This document shows, piece by piece, positions 1 through 11,677 of a DNA stretch of 64,000 bases (positions within the stretch are counted from its first letter, which is position 1; each line of letters begins with the position of its first letter). This DNA comes from Blastocladiella emersonii ATCC 22665 (lineage: Eukaryota > Fungi > Blastocladiomycota): NCBI GenBank assembly GCA_025594325.1, contig JANHCV010000013.1, positions 992,001 to 1,056,000 of the forward strand. The letters run 5' to 3'. The position numbers and the translations under genes are program-made. Below the pieces are notes generated by a model. It made no database searches. It was not told where the DNA came from and saw only the letters and a list, made by a program, of their open reading frames with translations.

Positions 1-2
1 TC

Positions 3-248
3 GCCGCCGCATGCCAGCAATCGGGCCGCATCATCCTCGGCGCGTACGGCGTGCTCCCGCTCGACACCTCTCGCGTCCCGGCGCTCCGCGGCAAGGCGCC
101 GTGCAACGCGCAGCTCCAGGACACCGTTAGCGCGGGAGACTGGCTCGCGGCGGTCCCCGCCGGGTGTAAGGTGCAGGCCGTCGTCAAGGGGTTCGCGGAC
201 GTGTCGCAGGGGATGTTTGAGGGAGTCGAGGGGGTGAATGTGGCGTAG
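3..248 (+). CDS. 3' end of a hypothetical protein truncated by the window edge
   Basis: Open frame from the window start to TAG at 246-248 with GC3-rich codons; no family recognised. Confidence 0.4.
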   Translation, partial: AAACQQSGRIILGAYGVLPLDTSRVPALRGKAPCNAQLQDTVSAGDWLAAVPAGCKVQAVVKGFADVSQGMFEGVEGVNVA

Positions 249-343
249 CGAGCGCGAGGGGAGGGGTGTACATAAAGACTGGCACTTTCGATTGATTTGT
301 GTGGCCGCGTTCGGAGGGAACCAGCGCCCCTGACGGGACGCGC

Positions 344-367
344 GAGACGCGACGAACAATCATGTGA
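344..367 (+). promoter_or_regulatory. 24-bp motif GAGACG(C/T)GACGAACAATCATGTGA, copy 1
   Basis: 23/24 identical to 1970-1993; about 95 bp upstream of the ATG at 461. Confidence 0.45.
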
Positions 368-460
368 TGGAGAGCAGAGTGAAACGAAACGCGCGAGGCA
401 GAGTGCGCGTCGCGCTCCGTTGGAATCCATGAATCCCATGAACTAGACCCGCACCACACC

Positions 461-1768
461 ATGCAACGGCTTTCGATCGAGCTGGTCGAGCGGATCCTCG
501 TACACGTCGTCCAGATCGACCCGCGCGGCGCCGACCCGCTCGCGCTTCTCTCCGTCGCGCCCGGCCTCTTGCGCCTCAAGCGCGCCATCCTCGATTGCTC
601 GCTGCACCCTCGCACCTGGAAATTTCTCCGCGGCCGCGCCGACGAGCCCAACCGCGACGCCCTGGCCGAGGACCGCTGGGCCGCCCTCACCGCGGGCAAC
701 CCCCGCGCGACGACGCGCCACCTCGCGCGCCTGTGCGCCGACGGCCGCTACGACTGCCTGGACCGGTGGCTGCTCGCGGGCCGCGCGTTCCCGCCATCGC
801 CGCTGTTCGTCGACCTCGCGTCCGCACACGACCAGATCCTCGTCCTGCGGTGGCTCGCGCAGCGCGGGCTCGCGGGCCAGTACACGTGGTCCGCGATCGA
901 CGACGAGGCCCGCGCGCGCGCACTGGACGCGCTCGACTGGTGGATTCGGCCCAACGACCGCCCGGCGCTGCCCGCGGCCGACGTGCGGACGATCCGCGCG
1001 ACGCTGATGCGTGCAGTGGAGCGGGATGACGCGGCGGTGCTCTCCCGCCTGCTGAAGCTCGACCTCGAGCACTGGCGCGGCGACGACAACGAGCGGTACA
1101 ATTACCGCCTGGCGGAAGCCGCCGTCGACGGCCGCCGCGTGCAGATCCTCCGCGCCATGTTCTGGCACCTGCCCGACGCGAACATCACCGCCAAGTCCGT
1201 GTACTGGATCCACGAGGCGTGCGACGCGGTCGACCGCGAGAACGTCGCGTTCCTCGACTGGATGTACCGCGATGTCCCCGAGAACCGCCTCGACATGTTC
1301 AGCGAGCTCGATCCGAGCGACAAGGAGTACGGCGTCGGCGCGATCCAGGCCGCCGACGACGCGGGCGACTACGGGTACGACCTCGCCGCGGACGCGTTCC
1401 TCGCCAAGGAGGAAGAGTACGCCGACGACGAGTACGCCGTGTGCGCGGGCGCGGGGCTCGCCGCCGAGCGGTTCTGGGCGTTCATGACCGGGTACGCGAG
1501 CAAGCGGAACAAGGTCTCGGTCCTCAAATGGCTCCGCAAGACAATCCCGCGCGACGAGTTCGTCTGCCCGCTCGGCTGGTCGGTCGTCGAGACGGGCGAC
1601 GACGAGGACGCGGCGCTCGAGCGGCTCGAGTGGTGGGGCAAGTCGGGCGTGGAGCTCAAGGTCGGCCGGAACCACGTCCAGTGCGCCCGCGAGTTTGCGG
1701 ACAAGTGCGGGTTCAGCAAGATCGCGACGTGGTGGGCGGACAAGAAGAAGTGGGCCGTGGCGCCGTGA
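461..1768 (+). CDS. F-box-like N-terminus plus degenerate ankyrin-like repeat protein (435 aa)
   Basis: LSIELVERIL N-terminus; repeated VLxWL / LEWWxxSG motifs; clear paralog of 11678-12910 and 13915-15045. Confidence 0.75.
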   Translation: MQRLSIELVERILVHVVQIDPRGADPLALLSVAPGLLRLKRAILDCSLHPRTWKFLRGRADEPNRDALAEDRWAALTAGNPRATTRHLARLCADGRYDCLDRWLLAGRAFPPSPLFVDLASAHDQILVLRWLAQRGLAGQYTWSAIDDEARARALDALDWWIRPNDRPALPAADVRTIRATLMRAVERDDAAVLSRLLKLDLEHWRGDDNERYNYRLAEAAVDGRRVQILRAMFWHLPDANITAKSVYWIHEACDAVDRENVAFLDWMYRDVPENRLDMFSELDPSDKEYGVGAIQAADDAGDYGYDLAADAFLAKEEEYADDEYAVCAGAGLAAERFWAFMTGYASKRNKVSVLKWLRKTIPRDEFVCPLGWSVVETGDDEDAALERLEWWGKSGVELKVGRNHVQCAREFADKCGFSKIATWWADKKKWAVAP

Positions 1769-1969
1769 GCGCTGCTCGCTCCCTTAGCGGCGCTGGCTCC
1801 GGGCGGGAGACGTGGATGTGAGCGCAGTTTGAATACATGTCGTTCGTTTCATACAGTTGCCCCCGATTTCGCCGACCCACTCCAAGTGTGAACAATCATG
1901 TAAGTTGCGTTACGGCATCGCTCGGTGCCGAGGGAGAGCTGGGCAAGCTGGCGTTCGCCTGCAGGGTGC

Positions 1970-1993
1970 GAGACGTGACGAACAATCATGTGA
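1970..1993 (+). promoter_or_regulatory. 24-bp motif copy 2; partial third copy GAACAATCATGT at 1890-1901
   Basis: Near-identical to 344-367; about 97 bp upstream of the ATG at 2090. Confidence 0.45.
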
Positions 1994-2089
1994 CGCGAAG
2001 CGCCGACAAAAAAAAATCGCTGCTCCGCCTGCACGATCGTTTGCTCTCCGCGCCCGCTCGTAATATGGAACGCTACGCGACGAAAAAAA

Positions 2090-4422
2090 ATGAATGACTA
2101 CATGCAATCACTTGATCCGGAGGCTCTCAATCTCGCAAATTTGCCCGTGCTGGTTCTTGAGCGGGTCGTTCAACTGAGCACCGCCCGGCAGGTCGTGCCC
2201 GCTTCGTCGAGCTTGCTTTCGATCGTCACTCGGGAGCCGCGTGTGCTCATCACTTGGACGCTTCCCCCTTTCCTCCGTATTCCCCGCTCGCGGCTTTACG
2301 GCCCCGAGCCATGGAACTACGCCAACAATGAGCCCGCATCATCGCAAATTGTGCGTAGACCAGCTACCTTCCTCAAAGTAAGGATGGTCACGTAATTGAA
2401 AGACACGATAATGTAGCTTGCCAAGCGGAGCGCACTGCTCCTTGCGTTTGCTTCTTGCGTTGGCGGTGACCGACTTGCAGCCTTCGTCTCGGGCAAATCG
2501 AGCGACCTGCTCTCCGCTTGCGCACTTGATCGAGAACTCAACATTGGAATGGGACCAAGTGCGACTCGGGCTTTGCGAGAGCCGCTTGTTCCTTTCCTGG
2601 CAGCGTTGCTTGATGCAATTTCCCGTCCCCTGCCACCGGTGGCCAAGGTCTTGATCACAAACGTTGCCGCCACGATTCCGCAGATGCTGCACATCACGGG
2701 CCCTTGGGTGGACTGGAGGAACATGCATCCTATCACGGTTGCACCTAGCTTGCCGATCCCCGATGGAGACTTTGCAGCACTGGGTTTGAAGCCGCTGCGC
2801 CTCATCGACTACCTCGGCGTTCTTGCAGTCTTCGCCTTCGACCACGAAACCTTGGAGCTCATTTCCAACTCGGGCTGCGGCGTGACAGCCCTTGTCGATT
2901 TCATTTCCCACGCGCCGGCACTTCATGCGATTCTTGAAGCGCTAGTGCAAACTGATATCATGGACGGACTGCATGATGTGCGCGAGCAGAAGAAGGCGAG
3001 CGCAGCTCGCGTGGTCGAGTGGCTTCTCGACAACGGCTGGACCAACTATTCTCCAGACAGCGCGCCCTGCTTTTCCGACATAATCTTATGCCTGGGGCCA
3101 AACGTACTCGCACGCGCTTTAAAAGCGCACCCAGGTCCCATTCTCAAGGGCCACTTCCCGGCAGAGAAAGCGCGGCTCTTTATCAATATGCGCGCCTGGA
3201 TCGCGCGAGGCGACATTTCGCAGTCCGAGTTTGAAGTGTTCCTGCACCACGAAGCGCTTGACATGACCACAGAGAACTGGGCCGACTTGATTGTGGCCTC
3301 AGTCTACAATTTCGACCTCGATTCGCTGGAACCGGGCTGGGTCATTGGACTTGCCCCACGAACACGTTAGCCCTGCACTGTGGGATGAGATCTTGGATCA
3401 TGGTGCGTTTGCATTCCGTCGTCGCAAGGCCAAAAGATTAGTGCTGACGCTCGATTGGCGTGGCGATACCGCCAGCTTTTAGAATCGCGCTTGACGACAT
3501 CACGGCCCAATGTATCGTCTGGTTTGCTCGCAGGACCGGATCGAAAGATTCTATTGCGCGGTTCGCCAACACTCTTGCACTCAGCGACTCGGTAGCAGAA
3601 TCGATCAACAACCTGCTATACTGGGACCCCTTCGCCGACCCGCTTGATCTGCTCGAAATCACGGCTCGCACTGTCGGTTTGCTTGGGTCAAGCATGGCTG
3701 ATTTCAGCGCAGCTGCGTACCGGTCGGCCTGGATCCTTGTCGTCACTGTGACTGCCTCCGAGACGCGACAGCGCGCGTTCGAAATCCTCGCTGAGACCAA
3801 GACCGCGCCCTACTTTCTTGGCGCAATGCTCTGGAATAGCGTTTCGGAGAACGAGCCGTGCGGCGATAGCGCGCCAGGTCTCGAGCTCTGTGACAAATGT
3901 CCGCTTGCCTTCCAGCAGCCGTGGCAAGACGCGCTGACCGCGCTTGTTTCGCAGTTTCCAGCCGCGCTCTCAGAGTACGATAGCCGCTTCTACCAGGATT
4001 CTCCCGCGGTATCAAGCGCTTTCGCTGAATGCGTCGCATCTGCACTCAATCGCGAGCGCGAGAATACGTGCTGCGCTCACTCAATCCCGGACGGCCTGTT
4101 GATGACCACGCTTGGCACGATTGCTCGCGCGGATCCGGGGTCCATGCTTTTCTTCATGAAGCGGAATATCGAAGCTGTACACGCCATCGCGAGTCTCCTT
4201 CCCGCTGGTATCCTCGACGGCGTCGCTACCGTGTACGACTTGGCGCAGCTCACCAACACGCGCAGCGAGCGAGACAGTCTGATCGCGCACCTGAAGCGGC
4301 TCGCGCCCACCGTGGCCGGCAGTCCGTCCTTTGATCAAGCGCTGCAGATTGTTGCTAAGCGGCTCGAAAAGCTTGCCGCAACCGATGCTGGCACAAACTC
4401 ATTCGTTTCTAACACGGAATAA
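2090..4422 (+). CDS. F-box-like protein, multi-exon or fragmented (ORFs 2090-2395, 2549-3370, 3460-4422)
   Basis: LANLPVLVLERVVQL N-terminus resembles FANLPAELVIRVLHL of 26185-27645; C-terminal part is paralogous to 9838-10495; exon structure not resolved. Confidence 0.45.
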
Positions 4423-4483
4423 CGGAATATATTGCTCCTGTTGTCCTGCCCTATTAGGAGTGTGTGCTGCGCGCACACTTGGG

Positions 4484-4501
4484 TCTCAGCTGTAGCTTTA
4501 G
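4484..4501 (+). repeat. 18-bp direct repeat TCTCAGCTGTAGCTTTAG, left copy
   Basis: Exact second copy at 6045-6062. Confidence 0.85.
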
Positions 4502-5079
4502 TCTGTCGTATTGATGATGGGAACAGCGGCGCAGGTACAACGCGCTACATGCACCAGGACAACGAGCTCGGGTCACTCTTGCTGTACGACTTTGTTCGGA
4601 GCTGTCGCGTAGAGCCCATCTAGTCCGCGACGAACCGCTCGAAGCTCAAGTCCGCGCCGAACCGCTCGCAGCAGTCCGTGCCCGACGACGATGCCGACGA
4701 CGGCAACGCGCCGCGCGCCAAGTGCGGTCGCCACGCCGAGCCGCGGTCCAAGTTCCGCAAGACGCATCCTGCACTCGACAAGCTCATTGTGGCGATGCGC
4801 GCGACCGAGATCGTTCCCGTGCCGCTGTTCAACAAGCAGGTCAGCCAGTCGTCCGACGTTGGCAGCACCGAGTCGCGCGCCATGATCTCCATGATCCTGT
4901 TCAAGCCGTTCCGCGCCATCGACGAGGTGGCCCCGGCTCGCGGCGAGACGTGGTCGCACACGCTCGATCTCGCACATGCACATGTCGTAGAAGAGGCTCT
5001 ACTGCAGCGGCGACTCAACGGCGCCCTGCGGGAACCCGCGCTCAGTGCGCCCGTGCAGCATGCCGTCAAAGCAGAGTAG
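4502..5079 (+). pseudogene. Helitron-like RepHel fragment (region between Rep and PIF1 helicase)
   Basis: One frame reads RYMHQDNELGSLLLYDF...*...KFRKTHP...R...VP...MISMILFKPFR...W, resembling the Helitron LYDF / HP / MLxLFKPWR blocks; in-frame TAG at 4621-4623. Confidence 0.55.
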
Positions 5080-5087
5080 CGCTCTGC

Positions 5088-5725
5088 GCGCGAACGCCTT
5101 GCCAGCGCCGACGTGGCCAGCGTTGGGAATGTGCCAGCGCATGAGCTTGCCGGGTGACGGTGCGCGGAGCTGCGTCGGGTCCGGGTCCTGCTCAAGCGCG
5201 ACGGTGTGGCCGTTCATCGACAGGCGGGTGCAGGCCACGTCGACGGACGCGTACGTGACGCGCGAGCGCGCACATGACGAGAACGCCCCCGTCGGGCAGG
5301 ACTTGGGCGCGGGCGCGGGGCGACGACGTTCGAGTCGTTCACGCGCAAGACAAACAGGTCGTGCGCGGCGAGGGTCACGGCAATGTCGAAGGGGACGCCG
5401 TCGATGTTAAACGAGGTGGAGAACTGGTTCTTAATGCCGGCGAGCGTCGGTACCTGGCCCTTGTTGAGCGACTTGAGAAACTGGACCTTCTGGTCCTCGG
5501 CGGCGAGGTATGCCATGGTAGCGGCGTCCGTAACGATCGAGACCCAGCGGTCGGTCCCCTCGGCGGTGAGCTTCTGCTGGATGCGGGCATCAAGCCATTC
5601 GGTCGAGAAGTGGTCCTTGGCGAACTCGTCCGTCTCGAGCTGCGTGATCAGGTACTCGACCGTGGTGCGGAAATCGCCGCGGACGCGCAGCTCCTTAAGC
5701 GCCATGAGCGTGTTGCGGCGTGACG
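5088..5725 (-). pseudogene. ACC1: Acetyl-CoA carboxylase internal fragment (end of BC domain to start of BCCP), frameshifted and truncated
   Basis: ALKELRVRGDFRTTVEYL...TEWLD, VLPDGGVLVM and DPTQLRAPSPGKL lie in three different frames; the fragment ends before the biotinylation MKM motif. Confidence 0.85.
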
Positions 5726-6044
5726 AGTGAACGTGAAACGTACTTAGAGACGCGTTCGAAATCACGCGATATGAGCCGCGCGCGTCTGACGCGTTGCTCA
5801 CGCCACGTCACATCCCCTCCCTCCTCGTCCGCCGCGCCTCTCGCCTCACCGACGCCCGCGCTCGCAGCCATCAATGAAATAGATGACTTTGACGACCGCC
5901 GCGCTGGTGATACTTGCGGATGTGCCGACCGAACTCTCGATCGCAATGTGCCAACTCGTTCGGCCGCATTCCGACTTTGCAACCGCTGAGGAGCTGATGC
6001 TGCGTACCGTCAGTGCGCTGCCTGTCATGACCAACTTCGTCTAT

Positions 6045-6062
6045 TCTCAGCTGTAGCTTTAG
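6045..6062 (+). repeat. 18-bp direct repeat, right copy
   Basis: Exact copy of 4484-4501. Confidence 0.85.
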
Positions 6063-8077
6063 CGAAGCTGAGTTTCTGTTTGAGCAATTGGAACCTATCA
6101 GAGACATCAACCTGCACGTGAACCAAGCTTCGTCTGCAGTGCTGGCCCCCGACCCCAACTATCTTGGTCTAGCTCTCATTCCAAGTCCCCGACTCCCCGC
6201 ATTGGCCTCAGCTCTGTGTAATAAAAATTCTAACACTGCTTATTTGACGAGGCGACCTACTTGAAAGTCTTCAAATGTGCGTCAACCTGGAGTGACAGTG
6301 GAGCGGTCGGTCGGTGCTGTCTCCCACTGCTGCGCCACCCGCTGAGCCACCCGCTGAGCCACCGCTCTCCGACCCCGCCTGCAGCTCCGTCGCCAACCGT
6401 TACGACCGCTTTCGAACAACAATCAGCGCAGCATCAAGGTCGCGCAAAAAATCATTTTGAAACACCCGGCGCAAAATATAGGTCCTCTATTTCCGCTGGT
6501 TCCCTTAGCTGTCTTCAATCCGGCCGCCCGAACTTTCGCGCTTCGGTCCGCCTTTGTCTCTCTCTTTAGGCGCAAAAAAGTCTAGAGTTCGTGAATCGCC
6601 CATTTACCGAGATAGTACAAGGTCATGGATCTGGGTCATCGTTCGCAAGTAAATGATTTCATTGTTGGCGATGGGTAGCGTCTACATAGCGATTACTGAG
6701 GGGTAGCGATGACGTGACGTACACATTGACTGGAGAAAGCTCAACATGCACGCAGCAAGGCGAGAACGGTGCGACGCGAGCCCGAAACATAGGTTTCAGG
6801 CGGCGAGAACGACTCCGAGGATCCACGACCACGACTGGATCACGCCAGCTAACCGAGCCTAGCCCGGCGATAAAGAAGAAGGCTCATCAGCTTCAGGCGT
6901 GTACGCGCCCACTGCATCATACTGAAAGTAGCCAGCCGCGAATCGTGCTCGACACCGCGTACCGCGTACCGCGTTGTGCGGGTCAACCTGCGCGACACAA
7001 TTCTTTCTCGCTCCAACGCGTCGTTGACGAGGTTACGGGCGAGGCGCACATGCGCATCGTTGACGTGATCGACGTCAAGGACTGGCCCTGCGTCAAGATC
7101 CCCTTGGGCTCGATCCTGATCGCTGGTCAGACGTCGGCCGCGTGCGAAAGATCCTCACGGCGACGCTCGTTGCGTTCCGCTCAATAGCCATCGCCCAGAA
7201 CGCGAGTCAGGGTGACGCCCATACACTGCGGCGCTTCACGACGTCGTCCAAATTATCCAAGTTTTTATTAACCTTCCCGCCCACTGCAACACACCGCGCT
7301 TGATCCGTCACGCGCCGACTAGCAACCCAGCGACCGTCGCTGCCGCGGACCTGGCCTTGGCCTTCTCGTCAGTGGCTTCTTCACTCGCGAAGAGTGCCGC
7401 CGATGCAGCCTCGTACCAGTTCAGCGAGGTGGATCGCAAGCTTACGAACCGCAACACAGAAAGCACACGGCGGGAACAGGTGCGTGAGGTCGACTGGTTC
7501 TTAGACTGCTTCTCATGGACCGGGACCATGAGCAGGTGCTCGGGCGAACGTTCTCTACAGCAAGGCTGCGGACGATCCGCGCTCAGGAACAAGGCGGCGT
7601 GGGCGGCCGCGACCTTGGCCACGAGGGCTTCTCCCGCTCCTCAACTTTGTTAACTCAGTTAACTTAACTTAACTGGCACGGACTTTCGGGCAGCCAGCGC
7701 GACATGTTTGAGTCCAGCCTCAGTTCCGACCATGAGCGACGGCTAGAGTGCTTTCTCAACCGAATAACGTGATTTTCTGCCGAGTGAGTTGTACCTGCGC
7801 TGCTGTTCTCATCATCGACACGTCGGACTTAAGCTACAGCGGAGACCCAAGTGTGTGCGCAGCACACACACCTAGTTTCACGTTCATTCAAAGCAGAACG
7901 CCCACACGAGTGGCGACCATTTATTCATTGAATGCGCAAAGTCTGCTGGTATTGAGCGCGTGCATGATTTTCAAGGGGGCCAGGTGCGACGGTTCCGAGG
8001 AAGAATGAATGCGATCAGACCTGTTGCCAGCCGCTTGAGTCGGCACGCGAGTAGCACTGGTGATGTCGCTAGCCGAA

Positions 8078-8671
8078 TCATGGAAAGCTGAATCCTGGAA
8101 CACGGGAGACGCGAGGCTCGGTCCTGAGCCAGGGAACATCGGACTGTAGCGTTCTCGACTGGCCATGATACGAAGCGAACTTGCGCTCAAAGTCGGGCGA
8201 GGTGAAAAAGCAATCGTCGAGCCACCGATTGTACCACCATTTGGCCACCGCAATCTGGCCTCGATCGAAAGCGCGTGTGCCGATTCCTGGGTGGTACTTG
8301 AGACGGAGCCCGTGGTTCGGGAACCATTGGAGCGAGGTGGTCCAGCCGAACCGGGTCATGCGCTCCATCGCCAAGGGCGTGTACCTGATCTCACAGCCGT
8401 GCTTGTACAGCCAATCGAGGACCGGCGCCGAGCAGCGAGACGACGAGACGGTGTCGATCGCGTACTCCGTGTACGTGAGGGCAGCAGGCGGAAGGTTCGC
8501 AACGAGCCAGTCCAAGCCGGCGACATTTCCAGCCGCGCAAGCGCGGTCGATGACTGACGGAGTGATGCACCAGTGCGGATCGCAGCTCGGGATGAAGTTC
8601 GAAGAAACCCATGCGAGAAAAGTCGAGTCTGGTGCTTTTAGTCCCGCAACGATGAGAACATTACGATGCAA
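8078..8671 (-). CDS. Ankyrin-like repeat protein or exon
   Basis: IDRACAAGNVAGLDWL and YTEYAIDTVS...VLDWL repeats. Confidence 0.6.
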   Translation of the reverse strand: MHRNVLIVAGLKAPDSTFLAWVSSNFIPSCDPHWCITPSVIDRACAAGNVAGLDWLVANLPPAALTYTEYAIDTVSSSRCSAPVLDWLYKHGCEIRYTPLAMERMTRFGWTTSLQWFPNHGLRLKYHPGIGTRAFDRGQIAVAKWWYNRWLDDCFFTSPDFERKFASYHGQSRTLQSDVPWLRTEPRVSRVPGFSFP

Positions 8672-8680
8672 CGTATCAAC

Positions 8681-9517
8681 TCAGCCCTTGCCCGTCTCCA
8701 GGATCCAGTCGAGCGTGGCACGCGGCATGAGGTGCAGATGGTGTTGAAGCGAAACAAGATCAATGGGGCCGTCGTGAGTCATCCACCAACGCAGGACGTG
8801 AACATGGCCGCCCTTACACGCCTCGAGAAAAGCGGACTGCTGCTTGACTTCGAGTTTGCCGGCCCGCCACCACTCAAGCGATGAGAGATGACCTGCGGCA
8901 GCGGCGCCTTCAAAGGCAGCGGACGAGTACGTAAAGGGGATTCCGCGTTCAATAAACCACTGGAGCACGGCAGCATGGCCGTTGGCCGAAGCGCGGTCGG
9001 CAGCACGGTTCGTGACCTTGCATTCGAGTCCGCTCGACCACCACCACTCGAGCGTTTCAATGTTGCCGGTGGCTGCAGCCTCCTCGATCGAAAAGTCGTC
9101 GTACGTGAACGGCACGCCAGAAGTACGCCACAGCTCGAGAATCCGCGCGTCGGTCGAGTGAGAATGAGCAACGTGCCCCGTCACGCGCAGTCCCGATGTA
9201 AGCCACCACGAGATGAAATCAAGACGATTCAAAAGACTCGGCGCAACGAGAACGTCGTCGGCGACCTTGAAGCTCGCAGCGCCGTGGTGTCGAACGTACT
9301 CGCGGAGCAGCGGCAGGTTCATTGATTCGACCGCGGCTTTGAACGTCGGCCGAACCATCCTGTGGAAGACAACGGATTGGAGCTTTGGCATGCCTGGAGC
9401 GACGTGCAGGTACGGGAGCGGCTTGAACCCGAGCTTTTCGCGCAGGACGGTGAGAACGAGGATGTCCTCGATGAGCTCGATGGGCATCGCCCTGCGACAA
9501 GTTTCATTTGCGTCCAT
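8681..9517 (-). CDS. F-box-like plus ankyrin-like repeat protein
   Basis: MPIELIEDILVL N-terminus; repeats AAATGNIETLEWWWSSGLE, DRASANGHAAVLQWF, AAAAGHLSSLEWW; ATG at 9517 preferred as start. Confidence 0.75.
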   Translation of the reverse strand: MDANETCRRAMPIELIEDILVLTVLREKLGFKPLPYLHVAPGMPKLQSVVFHRMVRPTFKAAVESMNLPLLREYVRHHGAASFKVADDVLVAPSLLNRLDFISWWLTSGLRVTGHVAHSHSTDARILELWRTSGVPFTYDDFSIEEAAATGNIETLEWWWSSGLECKVTNRAADRASANGHAAVLQWFIERGIPFTYSSAAFEGAAAAGHLSSLEWWRAGKLEVKQQSAFLEACKGGHVHVLRWWMTHDGPIDLVSLQHHLHLMPRATLDWILETGKG

Positions 9518-9837
9518 GTCTTTGAAGTGCACTTTAGCAGTCTGTGCGGAAGACTTGGAGCCCTCGCTTGCGCGGATGGGCCACCGCGACGCGACGCGTC
9601 GCGTGTGAGAATCTGCGAGTATCACGTGATATAAGCGCGCTTTTGTCTCGCACGCCACGGTGTCCGTGATGCCGCTGGGTGCGTGGCGCGAGCTCATCTC
9701 AAAATCGTACATTTCTTTAGTTTAGTAATTTTTTTATTTAACCGGGTGAACTAGGAGAATCCGCAGAGACTTCAACGCGACGCTAAGAACCAAGAATTTG
9801 ATGGGATATGTATGCCAAGAAATCACAGGCATCACGA

Positions 9838-10495
9838 TCACTCCGTGTGCATCTCGTCAATCCCTGCCTCGGCGTACACGGTAGGCGCAAGTCGCTTAAG
9901 CTCGCCAAGACTTTGCGATTTAGTCCTACAGGCATGGGCGAGCTCGCGCATCTGCTCGGCGGTCACCCGGCCATCGAGCGACCCGGAAGGAAGCGTCATC
10001 GAGAGCTTGGTTGAGATCGGGGCAAGTCCGAGAAATACTTTGACAACCAGGGTGGCGTCGTGCTCGAGTAACGTGGTGAGAGCGAACTCGATCAGATTGC
10101 TGGCTCGGCTTGCATTAGAGCACCCGTGGTAACCGGAATGAGCAGGATCGCGAATTAAGTTGTTGTTGTCCAACTTCTTGGCAGAGAAGATGAAAGCTGA
10201 GAAGGCTTGGTACATGATCGCGTCGCGAGGTGCGGCTTTGACAAGCAGGGAGAATGTCTCGCGCCAAGCAGTCTTGTAGGTCGGTGAGCAACGTGGGCAC
10301 TCGTCCAGGAACTCGGCTAAAATCTGGTCGAGACGATCACCAAAGCACAGGCGAACAGAAACAAGGGCACCAACAAAGTGACCAGATGCACCCGTCTCGA
10401 TGATAATCTCAAGCGCACGGTCTCTCAGCCGCGGCGTGGATAGCGTGATCTCAGCAGCGAGCCCAGTAGCTTGCGCCGACCAGAAGTAACCTGCG
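9838..10495 (-). pseudogene. 5'-truncated paralog of the 3460-4422 coding segment
   Basis: RDRALEIIIETGASGHFVGAL vs RQRAFEILAETKTAPYFLGAM; LPSGSLDG...LKRLAPTV vs LPAGILDG...LKRLAPTV. Confidence 0.6.
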
Positions 10496-11169
10496 GTGGT
10501 GTGGCTCTGGGGCTACAATGTGCCGTACGAGTACAGCTTAAGGGGGTCTGGCGTCATGTCTGACGTCAGCTCCGAAGCGAGGGTTGCGACGCGAGGGCTG
10601 ACGCCAGGTTCGGGCAGGGCGGACGTGTCGGTTGGAGGTCAGCCTCGGCCGGACCTGGCAGAATCGACACGTCAGAACTAATTCCGGTTCTGACATCGCG
10701 GTTTACGCCAGGTTTGACGCACGGGTCGGGTTCGGTTCGCGGCGCGCTCCGGGATAGTGCACGTGCCCCTTTGATTGCCATTACGATCGGTTTTGCTCAT
10801 GATACGCCGCCGCCACTCCTTGATGTGCGAGGACTGGTTTTCGAGCTTGGTCTTTCTGTCGCCGACGCGTGGCCACCCGTGTCGTGGTAGTCGAGCTTGA
10901 TCGGGTCGAGCGCGCGCGCTTGATGACGGCGCAGTGGCCGGCGCCTTTGACCCCCTTGAGCGACTTGACCTCGACCTTGGCGTCGGTGATGGCCGCGGCC
11001 GCCGGCCGTCCCCCTGAATTGAGCTTGGACTTCTGCGCCACCGACGGTATTCGCCCCGGTTGTGAGGGGCACGGGGTCAGCAAAGCGCAGCGAGGGAGGG
11101 GTTGTGCGCGAGCGACGGGTGACTTGTTCGCGCACTGCGGCGAGCTGAGGAGCTTGGACTTTTCATTCT

Positions 11170-11425
11170 CGGCGCTGTCGACCAGCACGTTGAGTTGGAG
11201 CGAGAGTTAAAAGCCCGGGTTGACGCTGTTAGTTGGAGCATAACACCCGTGTCATGGCACACCCGGTTTAATCCACTCTCACTCCACTTCAACTCTGTTC
11301 GACCTCTTGACGGCCGTCGTGGACATGTCCTTGGTGGCCGTAGCGACGTGGCAACTCAGTTTGGGTTCAGTCGGATCGCGCAGTGGTGGGTTGAATTGGG
11401 GCTCCAGGACAAGCAATTGATTTGA
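11170..11425 (+). pseudogene. 3' remnant of an F-box/ankyrin family gene
   Basis: ATQFGFSRIAQWWVELG matches the C-termini of 461-1768, 11678-12910 and 13915-15045. Confidence 0.55.
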
Positions 11426-11677
11426 CTGCGAGAGTGCACGCGTTTTTCATCAAAATTCAGCATCTCTAGCGAACCCCTAGTCCCCGTGCAATGCAAAGCA
11501 GCCGTTCAGCGGGCCGCGTCGCCTTGCGAGACAATGCGAGACATCACGTGAAAGTGGCGTGTGTGGCGCAGTGGCTGCGCCGATCCTGCCAAAGCGCCAC
11601 ACGCACTTCGCCATTGTCGAGACTCCCTGCCCCACTCACCCATGCCCATGTAACGCTATACAACGGCCTGGCACATC

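Noticed and set aside
6250-7750. Genes or TE in this interval
   Set aside because: Only short ORFs without recognisable motifs; no convincing terminal repeats found.
10500-10780. Transposon end or Helitron 3' hairpin (GTCAGAAC...GTTCTGAC)
   Set aside because: 8-bp stem without a following CTRR end, matching partner end or TSD.
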